Of a stretch of 64,000 nt of DNA, positions 13,276-26,363 are shown in pieces. Numbering within the stretch: the stretch's first letter is position 1; each line of letters starts with the position of its first letter. Source of the stretch: Phoronis australis (Eukaryota; Animalia; Phoronida); assembly GCA_002633005.1 (NCBI GenBank), contig NMRA01000092.1, positions 957,861 through 1,021,860 on the forward strand, in the 5' to 3' direction. A model generated the notes under the pieces. The model made no database searches. It saw nothing but the letters and a program-made list of their open reading frames with translations, and was not told the origin of the DNA. The position numbers were made by a program, and so were the translations under genes.

Positions 13276-14131
13276 TGGTCATCACATCAAAAAGTTGCAA
13301 GATTTTGGAAACTTCAAAAGTTATGCACTCTTACCAGATGTGCATCTGTTTACCCAGGTGTAATGGAAAATTAATTCAGTGCTCCTTCCCCTAAAACTTT
13401 GTTTCCCCAGATTTAACGAGACCAAAAAACAAAACATCAAAATTTAGAAGAAAATCAACAATAAATCAAACTGTTTCAAACCCAATTTAGAAAAAATATT
13501 ACATACAAATGAAGGTGTATCTGGAGATGTAATTTTAGCCAATGATGGTGGACCAAATTTTTAACAGATTATCAGTCTTGCAAGGTCACAATAAAAAGGT
13601 CAAATACGTCACAATCGTCAGATGGTCAACAATGCTGTCCAGTAAACACGCACAAACAACACTAAGTACAAGAGCAGTATCACAAAGGAACCAAAAGAAA
13701 ATTAACAGAGATCACAAATTAACTAAAGGTCCACATACAATACTCATCCAGATTAATGGTCAGGCTACATATCTTAACTAATTGAGAATATCAAAAACAG
13801 GAGTTGATGTTAATGTTGTAGGCCCAAAGAAAATGTCCAAATTTGTCAAAGTTCGGAATATTATACCTCAGACGTGCGAAATTGAGTGCTTCTTAGCAAA
13901 AGGTAAACAAGTTGAGTATGTTTTGGGAGCAAAAACTATCATGAGATGGTTGTTCATAAAGGCACAAAATTAATGTATAATTTGGAGCAGGGTGGTAAGC
14001 TGAGTACAGGGCTAAAAATGAAAATTTGTAAATTTTCTGAGGTGTGCACTTAAAGATGAGCATTAAACTGGATGAGAAAGATACTGCTGATGTTAAAGTA
14101 CTCAAGGTAGTGTTGATCTGTACTGTGGTCT

Positions 14132-14218
14132 GGCTGGGATGGTCGGGTCTTCGGTGGCAAGCTGGGATGGTCAGGTCGTCTGTGGCAAGCTGGGATGGTC
14201 AGGTCGTCCGTGGCAAGC
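14132..14218. repeat. 28-bp tandem repeat x3
   Basis: gctgggatggtcaggtcgtc-gtggcaa units. Confidence 0.88.
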
Positions 14219-17200
14219 CTAAAGAAAGAAAGTCACAAACTGCTTAACTGTACCAGTGTAAAGGAACTGAATGTCTCCTTGAATTCAGTGTTCATCTGAA
14301 TTCAGTCAAAAATTAGAAAGTAACAGGTTCGCACAGTACTAGGCAGAAGAAACCAGTCAAAATACTTTCCCCTCCATTTGTATTCATGAGGGAAAGTGGT
14401 TGCTCTGACAGTGAACTCCTATTTGTCCAGCCGCCATGATAGGGAATTATGGGTCATTTTGCCAGATTACTTCTGGCATAAACTGTACACTGAAGTTTAT
14501 GATACCATATGGCTGTCACAAGTTTTATCAGATGAACCAGAGACTTGGACTCAAGACAAGAATTTGGTCTATGGTTGAAAAAGGGTTCAGGAAGGTAAGT
14601 CTGCATGTATCAGTCTAAAAATAATTGAGGGAAATTACTTCAGTGTACAAATTCTCAGAGATTTTTGAACAAGTGAGATTTAATCGATTTTAAAAAAAGT
14701 TGTATAGTCAGAGCAGGATCAGATTTTGAGTCATTCTTCATGAAACTGAACCCAGAAAGCAATAAGCCATAAAAATGAAGATATAGTCAAGTTACCATAT
14801 GTAAAACCTATATGGCCTACACTAGTCTTTATTTTCAAGGAATCAATGAAGGTTAAGATAAACAATCTAATCATAAGACTAAACTTAAAACACAAAATTC
14901 AAGACATTTTGAAACAATTGGTTAACAAAATTATCACCTAACATACACAACACTAACTTTACCTAGCCGTAGCTCTTCTATCAACCTTCTTGGGCGTCTC
15001 CTGATCCTGGAACTCCGTCTGAGGGGTGGTGGTGGTGGTGGCGGAGGAGCAGATGGTATCTCTGGAGGTGACGACGGTTGACAGGCAGATGGGAGATCCT
15101 GGATGGGAAAAGCAAGAATGTATTCAGTCCATTTACAGACACCAGAGACATGTCTACTCTTAATATATACAAGGGGAAATCTTTATATTTCTAAAACTGA
15201 AATATAATATCAAATTTATTATGAAATAAAACTTTACTGGTTACGTTATGCTTTCACTTCAATAACCAGTTTGGTTACCATTATGAGGCATACATATGAT
15301 GTCATATAACAACAAGCCAGAGTTCACGGGAACAATATTGCCGAGATGAAGGTATAAATAGGTTATGCTACATACATTGGAATACTACAGCGATATCCCA
15401 TCTTGAATTCATTTCATCCTTCGGTGTCGTTGGGACATTCCCAATTGAAATCAATTCTCGATGGGATACGGCAGTAGTATTCCTATCTATGTGGAATAAC
15501 CTACATTTGTAATCATGCAGCTTGAAATGCAAGCAATGAGGAAGTCAGCATAAGGCCAAACAATAACTCTTGAATACATGCAATTACCTTGCTCCAGCCA
15601 AATTTCAAGATAAACACACAGAGTAGTCAGTAGCTTAGAATTGTCATATAATTTCACGCACTATATGCATGCTGTAGAACAAAATCACAAATCTCAGAAT
15701 CAACTGAGATTTTCACTTACTATCAGCTGTTTCGGACAGGTAAGCGAAGGACGGTCAGTGTTGAGGTCGACAGGTTGAAGGTGGTTATTCTCTATCGGTG
15801 GACATCCCTTAATCTCAAGCGGTGGACATCCCTTAATCTCAGGAGTGTTGCATCCCATCCTTCGAACTTCTCTCCATCGTGGCTGAAACAAAAATGAATG
15901 TAGATCTATAAAAACCTCCGCTTTCAGAATTTTTCCAAGATCTCTTAGTGTATTTGAGGCAATGTCTGCAAGCAACAAGAACTCCTTGGATTTAGAAGTA
16001 AACTTAAAAAAACAATGAACGCAAAAATAACAAAAATGGCCACCACTTAACGCAGAAAATGTCAAATCTGTCCGAAAAAGGCGTTGTCTTCTTCTTGTTA
16101 GAAACAAATTAGCAAAATTTCATGGAAATGCAATAATATACTCCAAAGACACAATCAAACGTGTGCAGCAGAGTGGAATTTGGATCTGAGTTCGACAGAA
16201 ATGCATCTTTTAAATTTCACAAAGCTCCATCAAAGAGTTAAGGATTTAGCCGCAGATGCAAAAAAATCACCACTAGGGGGCAAAACAGTAATCAGACTTC
16301 TCAATAGGAACACTCATAATGTGCCTTTGGCAGATAGAGATGGATTCCAGAAAACGAATGGAAAATAGCAAAAATGGCACACAGTGCCGTAAAATTCGTT
16401 GAGTCCGCCTGAAAATGGAATGGAATCATAACATCCTTATTGTTAGACAAATTTCATGAAAATACTTCAAGGAACACTGAAGTTACAGAGGCAAACATAA
16501 AAAACTAAAACTGCCACTTGGGGGCCGAGCAGCGGTACTGAGATTGGTCCAAAACTCATGTTCATCTGTTATCAGCCACATGGGAACACATCTACCAAAT
16601 TTCAATAAGATCCTGTAAGGGGTTTAGGAGCTGTGGACGCCGCACGCCAAGACAGGATGACAACAATATGCACCCAAATAATATGTGAGGGCATCATAAG
16701 GATTTCCTGTGGACTGGGCTAAGCTTTTAAAAAAATCGTTTCCTCCGTTGAATATCTTTTCAATGTCAATTAAATTCGTATTCCACAAAATATCTACCCA
16801 GGCCAAATCTTTTTAATACAAGAGCTTTAATAAAAGAAAGCAAATGAACCGTGTTAAAACCATGATTTTTATATAATTCTTTTTTACTCCAAATAAACTA
16901 AAAAAGCATTTCATGTCGTGAACACATCTACTAAAACAAGAAACTGTAGGAACACCGCATTTATCCACCTTCACTCTTATCAGGCTTCTATTGTGAGTCA
17001 GCATGCGTGAATAATTGGCTGATAAGCCACCTCTGGAACTACTTTTGGCTGAATGGATGACCAGGCCATAAAATGATAATTAGCCAAGACCAGTTACTAT
17101 AATGCAACAAAGAATAATATCTTGCATCACCTAGCCTTGGTGGAAAGCTGTATACTGTATTGGCTCAAACAAACGCTTAGAAAAATTCATTTCACGGGGA

Positions 17201-20200
17201 GGGGACGCTTATTGTAGTGAGCCTACGGCAGTTGAAACCCGGTTTCCCAAACAGGTAAAATCGGAAGCTAGGATTCATCAAATTTACGCTCTGTGACGTA
17301 GTTGTAGCCTATGACAGCCTTTCTACAAAATTGTGGTGCATTGCTATCAACTTCCGTTGAACTTCCGTTGTTAAATTACAATAATTTTTCAAAAAATTGT
17401 GCTCATCACAGGGCGAAAACTTGCCGACTGATGCGTCGCTGAATCGCGATCGTCAATAGGAAAACTTGAACTCTTGAATAAAAATATAATTTCGACTCAA
17501 CAAATTACCTGAAATCTTCCTTATGTTTTACAATTTTTAAAGTTCATGTGGAGTCCAGATTAATTGCGATTAAGTCCAAATCTGCGCTACATCGTACCCC
17601 ACAACACAAGAAAAATCTCTGGATGAACACACATGTTGTTGTCACGTGACGTTTGTTTTGAAGTTCATCACAGGGCGAAAACTTGTCGACTGATGCGTCG
17701 CTGAATCGCGATCGTCAATAGGAAAACTTGAACTCTTGAATAAAAATATAGTTTCGACTCAACAAATTACCTGAAATCTTCCTTATGTTTTACAATTTTT
17801 AAAGTTCATGTGGAGTCCAGATTAATTGCGATTTAGTCCAAATCTGCGCTACAACGTACCCCACAACACGAGAAAAATCTCTGGATGAACACACATGTTG
17901 TTGTCACGTGACGTTTATTTTGAAGTTCGTCTGCGTATTCGAGAGTGAGTGAGCGTGCGTGTGCGGGTCATCGACGACAGACTTTTTTGTTACAAAAGGC
18001 GGAGGATTATGCAAGAAAATGGCATTTACTAGAATGTTTTTCACTTAAACGGCTGCAACATGCAAGGGGAGTGCTGGTTAGCTCCCAGATTTTGTGTACA
18101 CAGGCCGACTGTCGTTAGCTCTGCCGTGGAGTATTAATAGTCCAAGGCTCGATCTACATGTTGGGGACGAGGTGAACTACCCGGGCTGTGTGAAATTTCT
18201 GGGTCTAACGGAGACACTGACGCAGTGGTCAGCCAGCTCGCTGTATCAAGACTATAGTCAAAATCCAAATTCGTTTTATCGTGTCCCTGTCAATAATAAC
18301 GGCATGCTAAAGCCTTCTTAATTTTCGTACTTCAGGAACACAACAATCACGTGTTTTGTACACATACGCGCACGCCGCAGATCACATCTCGGAAATTGCC
18401 GATTTGACGGATGACAATGAATGAACACAATGAAATTAACAACGTCGTTTTACAACTTGTAAGATTCATAATAAATGTACATATTTTGAATATTGCAATG
18501 CATGTGTTCCAAAATCTAAATAACTTGGGTCCTATATTTTTGTATTAGTGCGCGCCGAATGAAAGTAATCGTGAGTGTTGCTGTGTTGCAAAATCTCTTA
18601 TCCTGGGCCGATTTGAAAAATTCAAAGTTGTACTCATATTTGTTTTCGCTCCTCTTTTCAAATATTACAGTAAAAACTACGTAAAACTCTCTCCATAAAA
18701 AGTACAGTCTGCTAGCTAGATTGTAATCAGCTGATCATATCCGCATGAGCGAAGCCAATTATCCTCACTCGTGAGTCGATGACTAGAGCAGCTTGGCGGC
18801 ATCCCTTTGATCGTGAGCCGAGTGCGACTCAGCCAAGGTGGATAAATACAGTCTAGTTCAATTTTCCATACCCCACCGTTCACCTTAACCACTGGGGTTT
18901 GGACCAATCTTATTTAGTGGGAATGTTCATAGCATGTTCTACAGTTGTTTGATAAAATCGTCCTTCAGTGATGGGAGACTTCAGAAAGGATGTGTAAGCT
19001 TTGGCAATAATAAAGATTTCACAATTTTTCCCAGAACACAGGTATCTACTGGACCAACAGCGCGAGAGATTCTGAACAGGTCTGGAATAACTTTTGCAAT
19101 CTAGTTCAAACCAATAATTTCGACTAGATTCATGCTAAATTTAATACCCTCTTTTTAACCAATGTAAAGTTTTTACAAAATCAGGTATCATACTTCCTGT
19201 TTCCAATCCATTTCAACTCAATATTAGGTTTAAGACCGTAATAGCAAATTGGTACAGAAGATCCAGTGCCTTATTGAGAAACCAACAGTTACACTCGTTG
19301 CATCGCACTGGAGAATTGTTACTTCTCGAGTACCACAGTTAATTCATTAATATTTTCAAGCATGTAGCCCAAAATTTCAGTGCAAAGCGCAAACAAATAA
19401 GCTAAGATTGGATCCCCTTGTTTGCACCCTCGTTTAACTTGAAAAAGTCTGGGAGGCAATGCCAATTTGCATGACGCAAATTTGTGAGTTTTCGTACAAC
19501 ATTTTTATCCTTTCACAAAAAATATCTCCAAACTCAAACATCTTAAGAACATTAAACATAAAATGCCTGGACAATGAATCAAATACTTTCAAAATTCACT
19601 ATTGCTACAGGACCCAAAAGTTTTCTTGAGTCAGTATTATGCAAAATGTCATAAAGAGTTCATGCGTTTTCACCAATATATCAACCAGATAAAAAGTCTG
19701 TCTGATCTGGGTGAACCAATTTTTCAAGAACTTTTTTAGTCTTTGTGCTAAATGCGAAGACAAAATGTTATAATTAATATTTAACAAACAAACGGGTTGC
19801 CATTTTTTATAAATTCTTTGGCCTTACTGGGTTTTAACAGAAATTTAATTATTCCCTGCAGTTGTCAAGTGGAGAGAGTATTCATTTCAAAACTTTACTG
19901 ATATTCTCAATTCCACATGCAGTCTCAAGAAGTATATAGTTTTTCGTAAGATTTTAATTCAATTAAAACTTCCTTTTGTTTTGTCAAAGTTTCACGCGAG
20001 GTCTTTATCACCCTAGTTATTATTATCTTAACTAAATTTCGGTTTTCTTAGCCACAAAAGTACCTTTATTGCCTTATCACCTTCTTCAATCTTAAGCCTT
20101 TCATAAAATTTTCTCATTTTTTTTCCAAGTGGACATTGCATTCCTGCATTAACTCTTCATCAGCTGATGCTTTTAGTTCTTGAAACAATATTTGAAAAAC

Positions 20201-23175
20201 CGCTGTTTTTTGATTAATTCAATCCTCCTGAAGCTTTTGTTTTTGTTTCAACATTGCAACAGGAAATGTTATAGCAATTGTCCTGATGTTGTTCAAAAGA
20301 ACACCAAAAATAAAAAATGATCAACAATCAGGTTAATATCCTTTAATAATTCTTCATTAAAGTGTTTCTTACGCTATCCACCATGTTCAAAAACTCAGTG
20401 CTGACTAGAAAATAATCTAATATCATATAAACATTTTGCAAGGTCGTTCTTCTTAAACAATGTAAAACATGGGTTTTCAGAATTTGCTATCCTCAATGGG
20501 TACACAAGATTAAAAGATCTTATACATTTATTCTCAATTTCCATTTTCTCAAGTAATTGAAGCAATCTAGATTATAATCTTGAACAACATTCCAGTCACC
20601 ACAGAGGACAACAAGAGCATCATGGGGCATTGAAATGCACTACAAACAGTGTGCTTCTAGGGGTGTTTATTTGTATCATAAAAATGGCTACTAGATGGTG
20701 CTAAATAGGTAAAATCCAACCAAAACGATAATATGCTATTATTTTTTAATAGAAAACTAATTACTGGATTTCATTAAAATTTGTTGATGAACTTTAGACA
20801 AACCAAGGAAAGCGGAAAATATGAAATAGCCTCTAGGGACCACAACGTTTGTCATATCCGTCTGAAAGTTGTCGTCTGTAGTCAACTTCATATTAATACA
20901 CTTAGTGCTAAATTTAATAAGTAACCTGCAATGGGTTAAGAGGATACAGCAAAAAAACTGTCACTAGGAGGCACCACAGTATTCAAAGTCATTATCGCAA
21001 CTGTCCCCATCACACTGAGAACACTTATGCCAATTTTTACAATCGTCCTTAGAATGGTTTGGTTGATAGAGAACCTTTGAAGATACAGACTAGGTAAACA
21101 AAAACTAAAATTGCCACTAGGGGGCATACTGGTAGTTGGTTCCATTCAAAAGTTTGCTCATGCTGTCCCATTGATGAGTGGAACATACGTGAAAAACTAG
21201 GTTTTGAAGGCAGAGCAGTAGACGCCGGACGGACGGATGGGTACACGGACAGGGATGACTGCATGATGTGTCCACATCTAAAATCGTGTGCACATAACAA
21301 AATCCAAATCCACTTTGTCCATTTTATCTTTAATGTTTTGAAAAAAATCAGAATCATCGGCATTCGGCCTATATGAATTCACAAGAAATATTTCAAATTT
21401 TTAACTGCCAAAAAATTGCCAACTGAGTCCTTATGAATACATTCAACTTCATACTCAAAATTCTTGTTAAATAAAATGGACACATATCCTAGAGTTTCCT
21501 GCTCCATGATGGAAATAACAATCTTACCCTCACTGAGTTCTCACTATGTTTCAATATCACTTTTAAAATGCTCAATATAGTTAAAGACATCTTTTCGTTT
21601 AGATGAAGAATCCAAACCTCTGCAATTCATGGAGACAACAAAAATCATTGTGTTGTTTTAGGGACTGAAATTTCCTGCAAGTATGATATGCCAAAAGTGC
21701 CTGAGGCAAGAGAGAATACTAACCAGGTAAGAAAAAAATAGACCGACAGCCTTAAAAAAGACATTGAGAGAGTTCTTGGTTAACTGTATTTAGTGCATGT
21801 AGCTAACAAACATAGGAATAGTGTCCAAATTCCTGAGAGTATAAACTTCTCCCTCTATGACCAGTTTGTCTCTACTGATAGCAAGAGTTGGCAAACCAAT
21901 TGTTTATCTTTCTCATTATCTGTGTTTATCTGATAACGTCACATAGTCTGGCAATTATTGTAAACAGGGCATCTGACACTAACTGATATTTAAAAATACT
22001 ACTTCCAAACAAAGTTCAACAAATGTCATGAAGAAGATTTTGTTTAATAAATACTATCACCAAAAAACCTTCAAATGGAGAAAAATGTTCGAATTTCAGA
22101 GAAATATGGCTCAATTTTCACCTGCAGATTGGCGAACCACTATCCCCTTGCCATACCACAGCATTGTGTGCCGACACAATAGTTTGTCTAGTTGATTCTA
22201 GATCAGATAATAATGTTGCAAATTTCTTGGTTTTAACAGTCCAGGGTAACGGTACATAACAAGGACACAGTTCTCTTTATATCCTTCGAAATGCGAGCGT
22301 TGGTAAAATGACGACATGCAGTAAAAATATAAGCAAATACATATTCCAGTACGTCCATTGGACAAACTAATTGCGTTAAGACATAAAAAACTATAGTCAA
22401 GGGCGCATCGTAAATATTTGACTATTTACAATAAAGTTGAAGGGACACAAGTTCGGCAAAAGAAAATAAAGCTACAACATTAGAGACAGGGCATATCGTA
22501 ACTTCAAAATCTGATCAGTCTCTCAATAATTCAAGCTAGGTTGCTCGAACGAGAGCTTCTAAGTCACTATCAAAATACAAAATAGAAGTTCTTTCTACTA
22601 TTTGAGTACAAGTTTGTAAACGGTGAGCATGAAGAAAATAGTCCTTGATGGGGTTTCAAATGAAAATTTAACCTCCATGTCATGGATCAAGTACTAGTGA
22701 GACCGGCACATCCTGATTTGCCATGAGTGGGATGTATACAAGCATCTGCAGATATCCAAAACTATAAATCATGTTAGTCCTCGCCAGGGGTCGCTGTGCC
22801 TTGATATTGATCTGCATCACTAGGTTTAAAGTTCTTCTAAACATGATCTATATAATGAATTTCAGTTTGCAATTTACAGGTTTTACATTTTTCATTAATG
22901 ATTTTACTGCAAACATGTTCATCTTTACATATTGTGTCTTGAATTGAGATTTTACTGTATTCTAAATGGAAAATAAAAATCAAATCAAGAGATGGACAAT
23001 GCTCACCGGTAGGCGTTGCTCATCTGACGGTGGTGGGCAGGGTTCTGGCTCAGTAGGGTGACAGTTGTTCATCAATCTCACAGGCTGACGGTCGATGAGA
23101 GTCGGTGCGGGGTCGAAAGGTGGGGGAGGTGCATCCGTCGTGGTCGGTCGAAGAGGGCAGCATCCAGAAAAGAAG
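14199..23175 (-). CDS. Candidate orphan spliced gene, Pro/Cys-rich protein with a basic RRSxR C-terminus (~165 aa; start exon uncertain)
   Basis: Four GC-rich islands with canonical splice sites and matching phases: 23007-23175, 15721-15882, 14963-15098, 14199-14218. They splice to an uninterrupted frame ending ...PPPPPPPPLRRSSRIRRRPRRLIEELRLGLPRTT*. No homology recognised. Confidence 0.5.
15359..15503. mobile_element. Palindromic MITE (~57-bp imperfect inverted arms)
   Basis: taggttatgctacatacattggaatactac... pairs with ...gtagtattcctatctatgtggaataaccta. Confidence 0.75.
15950..16700 (-). mobile_element. Helentron/DINE-1-like element with degenerate internal subrepeats
   Basis: TTATG...hairpin end near 16700; repeated aatttcatg and gccactagggggc blocks as in 20624-21297. 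Boundaries approximate. Confidence 0.4.
17404..17927. repeat. Near-perfect 262-bp tandem duplication
   Basis: catcacagggcgaaaacttg at 17404 and 17666; each copy carries the palindrome GTCACGTGAC. Confidence 0.95.
18915..21648 (-). mobile_element. Degenerate L1/Tx1-clade LINE ORF2 (APE endonuclease + RT), interrupted by an insertion at ~20624-21297
   Basis: Endonuclease motifs VSMNCRGL..KRKDVFNY, NSYRPNADDSDFF and VLCGDWNVV; RT motifs WQPVCLLNINYNILS..LAQRLKK, KRGCKQGDP..YLFALCTEIL and VKSLLLPKLTH. Many stops and frameshifts. Confidence 0.88.
20624..21297 (-). mobile_element. Helentron/DINE-1-like non-autonomous element inserted in the LINE
   Basis: Splits the endonuclease frame; begins TTATG with a short inverted repeat followed by a GTCC microsatellite; carries CCACTAGGGGGCA. 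A related element lies at ~15950-16700. Confidence 0.55.
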
Positions 23176-24207
23176 CTATGGAAAATAAATAAAGTTCATC
23201 CATTAACTCCAAATTCACAGTGGGGTACCTTTAGCAATTTTGCTCATGACGGTGTTTTTTCGTTCAGTGACTTGACCAGATGTATAGGGTTGTGAGCATG
23301 TGATAACATCTAGCTTCTTTGAATTAACTGCCAAACACAGTCTTTTGTCTGGTATGACAACAGGCAGGCCAATTATCTACCAGGATTATTACATTAACCA
23401 TGTGTGAACATGTAGTGAAACCCAAAGCGAGTTGGTATATGTTCGGAAAGAATAGATTACCTCCATTCTGACATTTATGGTTGGAGGGCCAGCTCTCTTT
23501 TGTTCAATAATTGCTCTAATCTCCAATAAGATCGTATCTACTCTGACTGGGTTGTGCTGTTAAAAATAAAAGTTAAGTTATAACACATTTGAGAATAAAC
23601 CAGCATTTCTGAAATCTTTGTCAAATGGTGATTGTGTTTAGTTTTTGAATCACCAAAATCGCCCAACTGTGTGCAACCAAAGTTACGACAATCTATTAAT
23701 TCTTTCCGAATACACCAATTCACTCTGAGTTTCACATGTGGTCTGTTATAAGCCTGCTAGATAATTGGCCTTCTTGTTGTCGCAACAGACAAAAGAGTGT
23801 GCTTGGCAGGTAACAAAGAAGCTAGATGTTATCCGATCACACGCTCAGAACCCCTATACGTCTGGTAAAGTCGCTGAATGGGAAAATGCTGTCATGTTAC
23901 AGTACAGAGTACGTAATGCATTTCGCAACAGGCGCAACTATAAAATGCTTCTAAAGTTATCAGTTGAGATTACAGGCATTTACTTGCACACCACTTGGAC
24001 TCAAATGACACTATAATTGTTTTGTTTGGAGATGTAGCACATTAACTAAAATACTATGAATTAAAATCATTTAATTTACCATGCAAATGACTTCACATCA
24101 TTTCCAAGACCTATACTACAATTAACATGAACTTGATATAAACTTTGATGTCTCTCTCACAAGACCATAATGAAAGTGATGTCTATATAATGTGCATTCA
24201 CAAATGT

Positions 24208-24305
24208 CAAATAACATTACCAAATAACATATTACCAAATAACATATTACCAAATAACATTACCAAATAACCATACCAAATAACATTACCAAATAACATT
24301 ACCAA
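24208..24305. repeat. 13-15-bp minisatellite (caaataacattac)n, ~7 copies
   Basis: Seen directly. Confidence 0.9.
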
Positions 24306-25538
24306 AGTACTTCTTATTCCCACCAAATACTGTATTCTCCTCTGTCTTGAAATCAGTTTTAATTTTACTTTTAAACACAGCAAGTATATACTTAGTAATT
24401 TACCCTAGACTAGTACAAACAGTTCAATTCATAGAAAATGCGAAAGAATGCGGACTGTGAACGATTTTTAGCCTTGCCAAACATCTTTGCAAACCAACTC
24501 TACAGTATCATTAGCGGCAGCAAGGTCGAGTACATGAGTTATCTGGGACCTGCTGCGGCAGATTATGAGCTAGGCAATGTACATCGCTTAAATGGCCAAC
24601 CGAGGGGCTACGTGTTGCCTATTTATGAGCTTGACATCGCGATAGCCGAAAAGGACATCCATAGCTGAAATGCCAACAGGTTCTACGAAAAATGCACACT
24701 GACAATTCACCACACACGAACATATCGCTATGAAGCACCGAATTGTCTGTACAACCGACCACAAACTATAATATTCCACACTTACAGTTCTTCCATGAGA
24801 CATGCCGACCGGTTTGTTTACGTAAAAGCGCTACCTGTTGATAATTCGACAACCCAATCAGAACCGCCGATGAAATAATGCGTAAAGGCGAACGTAGGGC
24901 AGAGAAAACTATGAAAACAAAAAACGGCACTCGGAGATGTTTAGAGTTGCTGGTCATGTTTCTGTGAAGTAAATGATGTCCGCGGCATGATCATAGAGAT
25001 TTTACCGCCGGACAGCATGCAACTAGCATGATATATTTAAACATTTTTGTCCGCTTGAGATTTTGCTCCACGTGACCCTTTTTCGACGTATTGGAAATCA
25101 TAATAGAAATCTGTTATCAGTGACTTTACTTCGTTGAATTAATTCTTGTTTTTATCGTTTCCGCTACAAAAAGTTTGAGCAGGGCGTCATCATGTTTTTT
25201 GCATTTTTGCCTAATCTTTCATATATTTTGGACTTAAGTGCATTAAATTCGTATTTGTAGCAAGAATGGGGTTCAACAATCGATATGTCTCGTTTACACT
25301 TTTGTAGTCAAGGATTATTTAACCTCTAGGATGCTGTATCTCCAACGATAAAAATTAGTATTCTAGACATGGTTTTTAATAAATTTCTTCAATGGTTTCC
25401 AAAATGTTGGTTCACGGTTTGCTTGTAATGAAACCCTATGTTGGGCGATCTGGTCTGACATAATTGAAGGGTCTGCATGGGCGGCGCACCCGGCACTGAA
25501 AAAAAAGGTTAGGGCTATAACCCCCCCCCCCCCCCCCC

Positions 25539-26363
25539 NNNNNNNNNNNNNNNNNNNNNNNNNNNNNNNNNNNNNNNNNNNNNNNNNNNNNNNNNNNNNN
25601 NNNNNNNNNNNNNNNNNNNNNNNNNNNNNNNNNNNNNNNNNNNNNNNNNNNNNNNNNNNNNNNNNNNNNNNNNNNNNNNNNNNNNNNNNNNNNNNNNNNN
25701 NNNNNNNNNNNNNNNNNNNNNNNNNNNNNNNNNNNNNNNNNNNNNNNNNNNNNNNNNNNNNNNNNNNNNNNNNNNNNNNNNNNNNNNNNNNNNNNNNNNN
25801 NNNNNNNNNNNNNNNNNNNNNNNNNNNNNNNNNNNNNNNNNNNNNNNNNNNNNNNNNNNNNNNNNNNNNNNNNNNNNNNNNNNNNNNNNNNNNNNNNNNN
25901 NNNNNNNNNNNNNNNNNNNNNNNNNNNNNNNNNNNNNNNNNNNNNNNNNNNNNNNNNNNNNNNNNNNNNNNNNNNNNNNNNNNNNNNNNNNNNNNNNNNN
26001 NNNNNNNNNNNNNNNNNNNNNNNNNNNNNNNNNNNNNNNNNNNNNNNNNNNNNNNNNNNNNNNNNNNNNNNNNNNNNNNNNNNNNNNNNNNNNNNNNNNN
26101 NNNNNNNNNNNNNNNNNNNNNNNNNNNNNNNNNNNNNNNNNNNNNNNNNNNNNNNNNNNNNNNNNNNNNNNNNNNNNNNNNNNNNNNNNNNNNNNNNNNN
26201 NNNNNNNNNNNNNNNNNNNNNNNNNNNNNNNNNNNNNNNNNNNNNNNNNNNNNNNNNNNNNNNNNNNNNNNNNNNNNNNNNNNNNNNNNNNNNNNNNNNN
26301 NNNNNNNNNNNNNNNNNNNNNNNNNNNNNNNNNNNNNNNNNNNNNNNNNNNNNNNNNNNNNNN
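25539..26363. other. Assembly gap (N run)
   Basis: N bases preceded by a poly-C tract. Confidence 1.
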
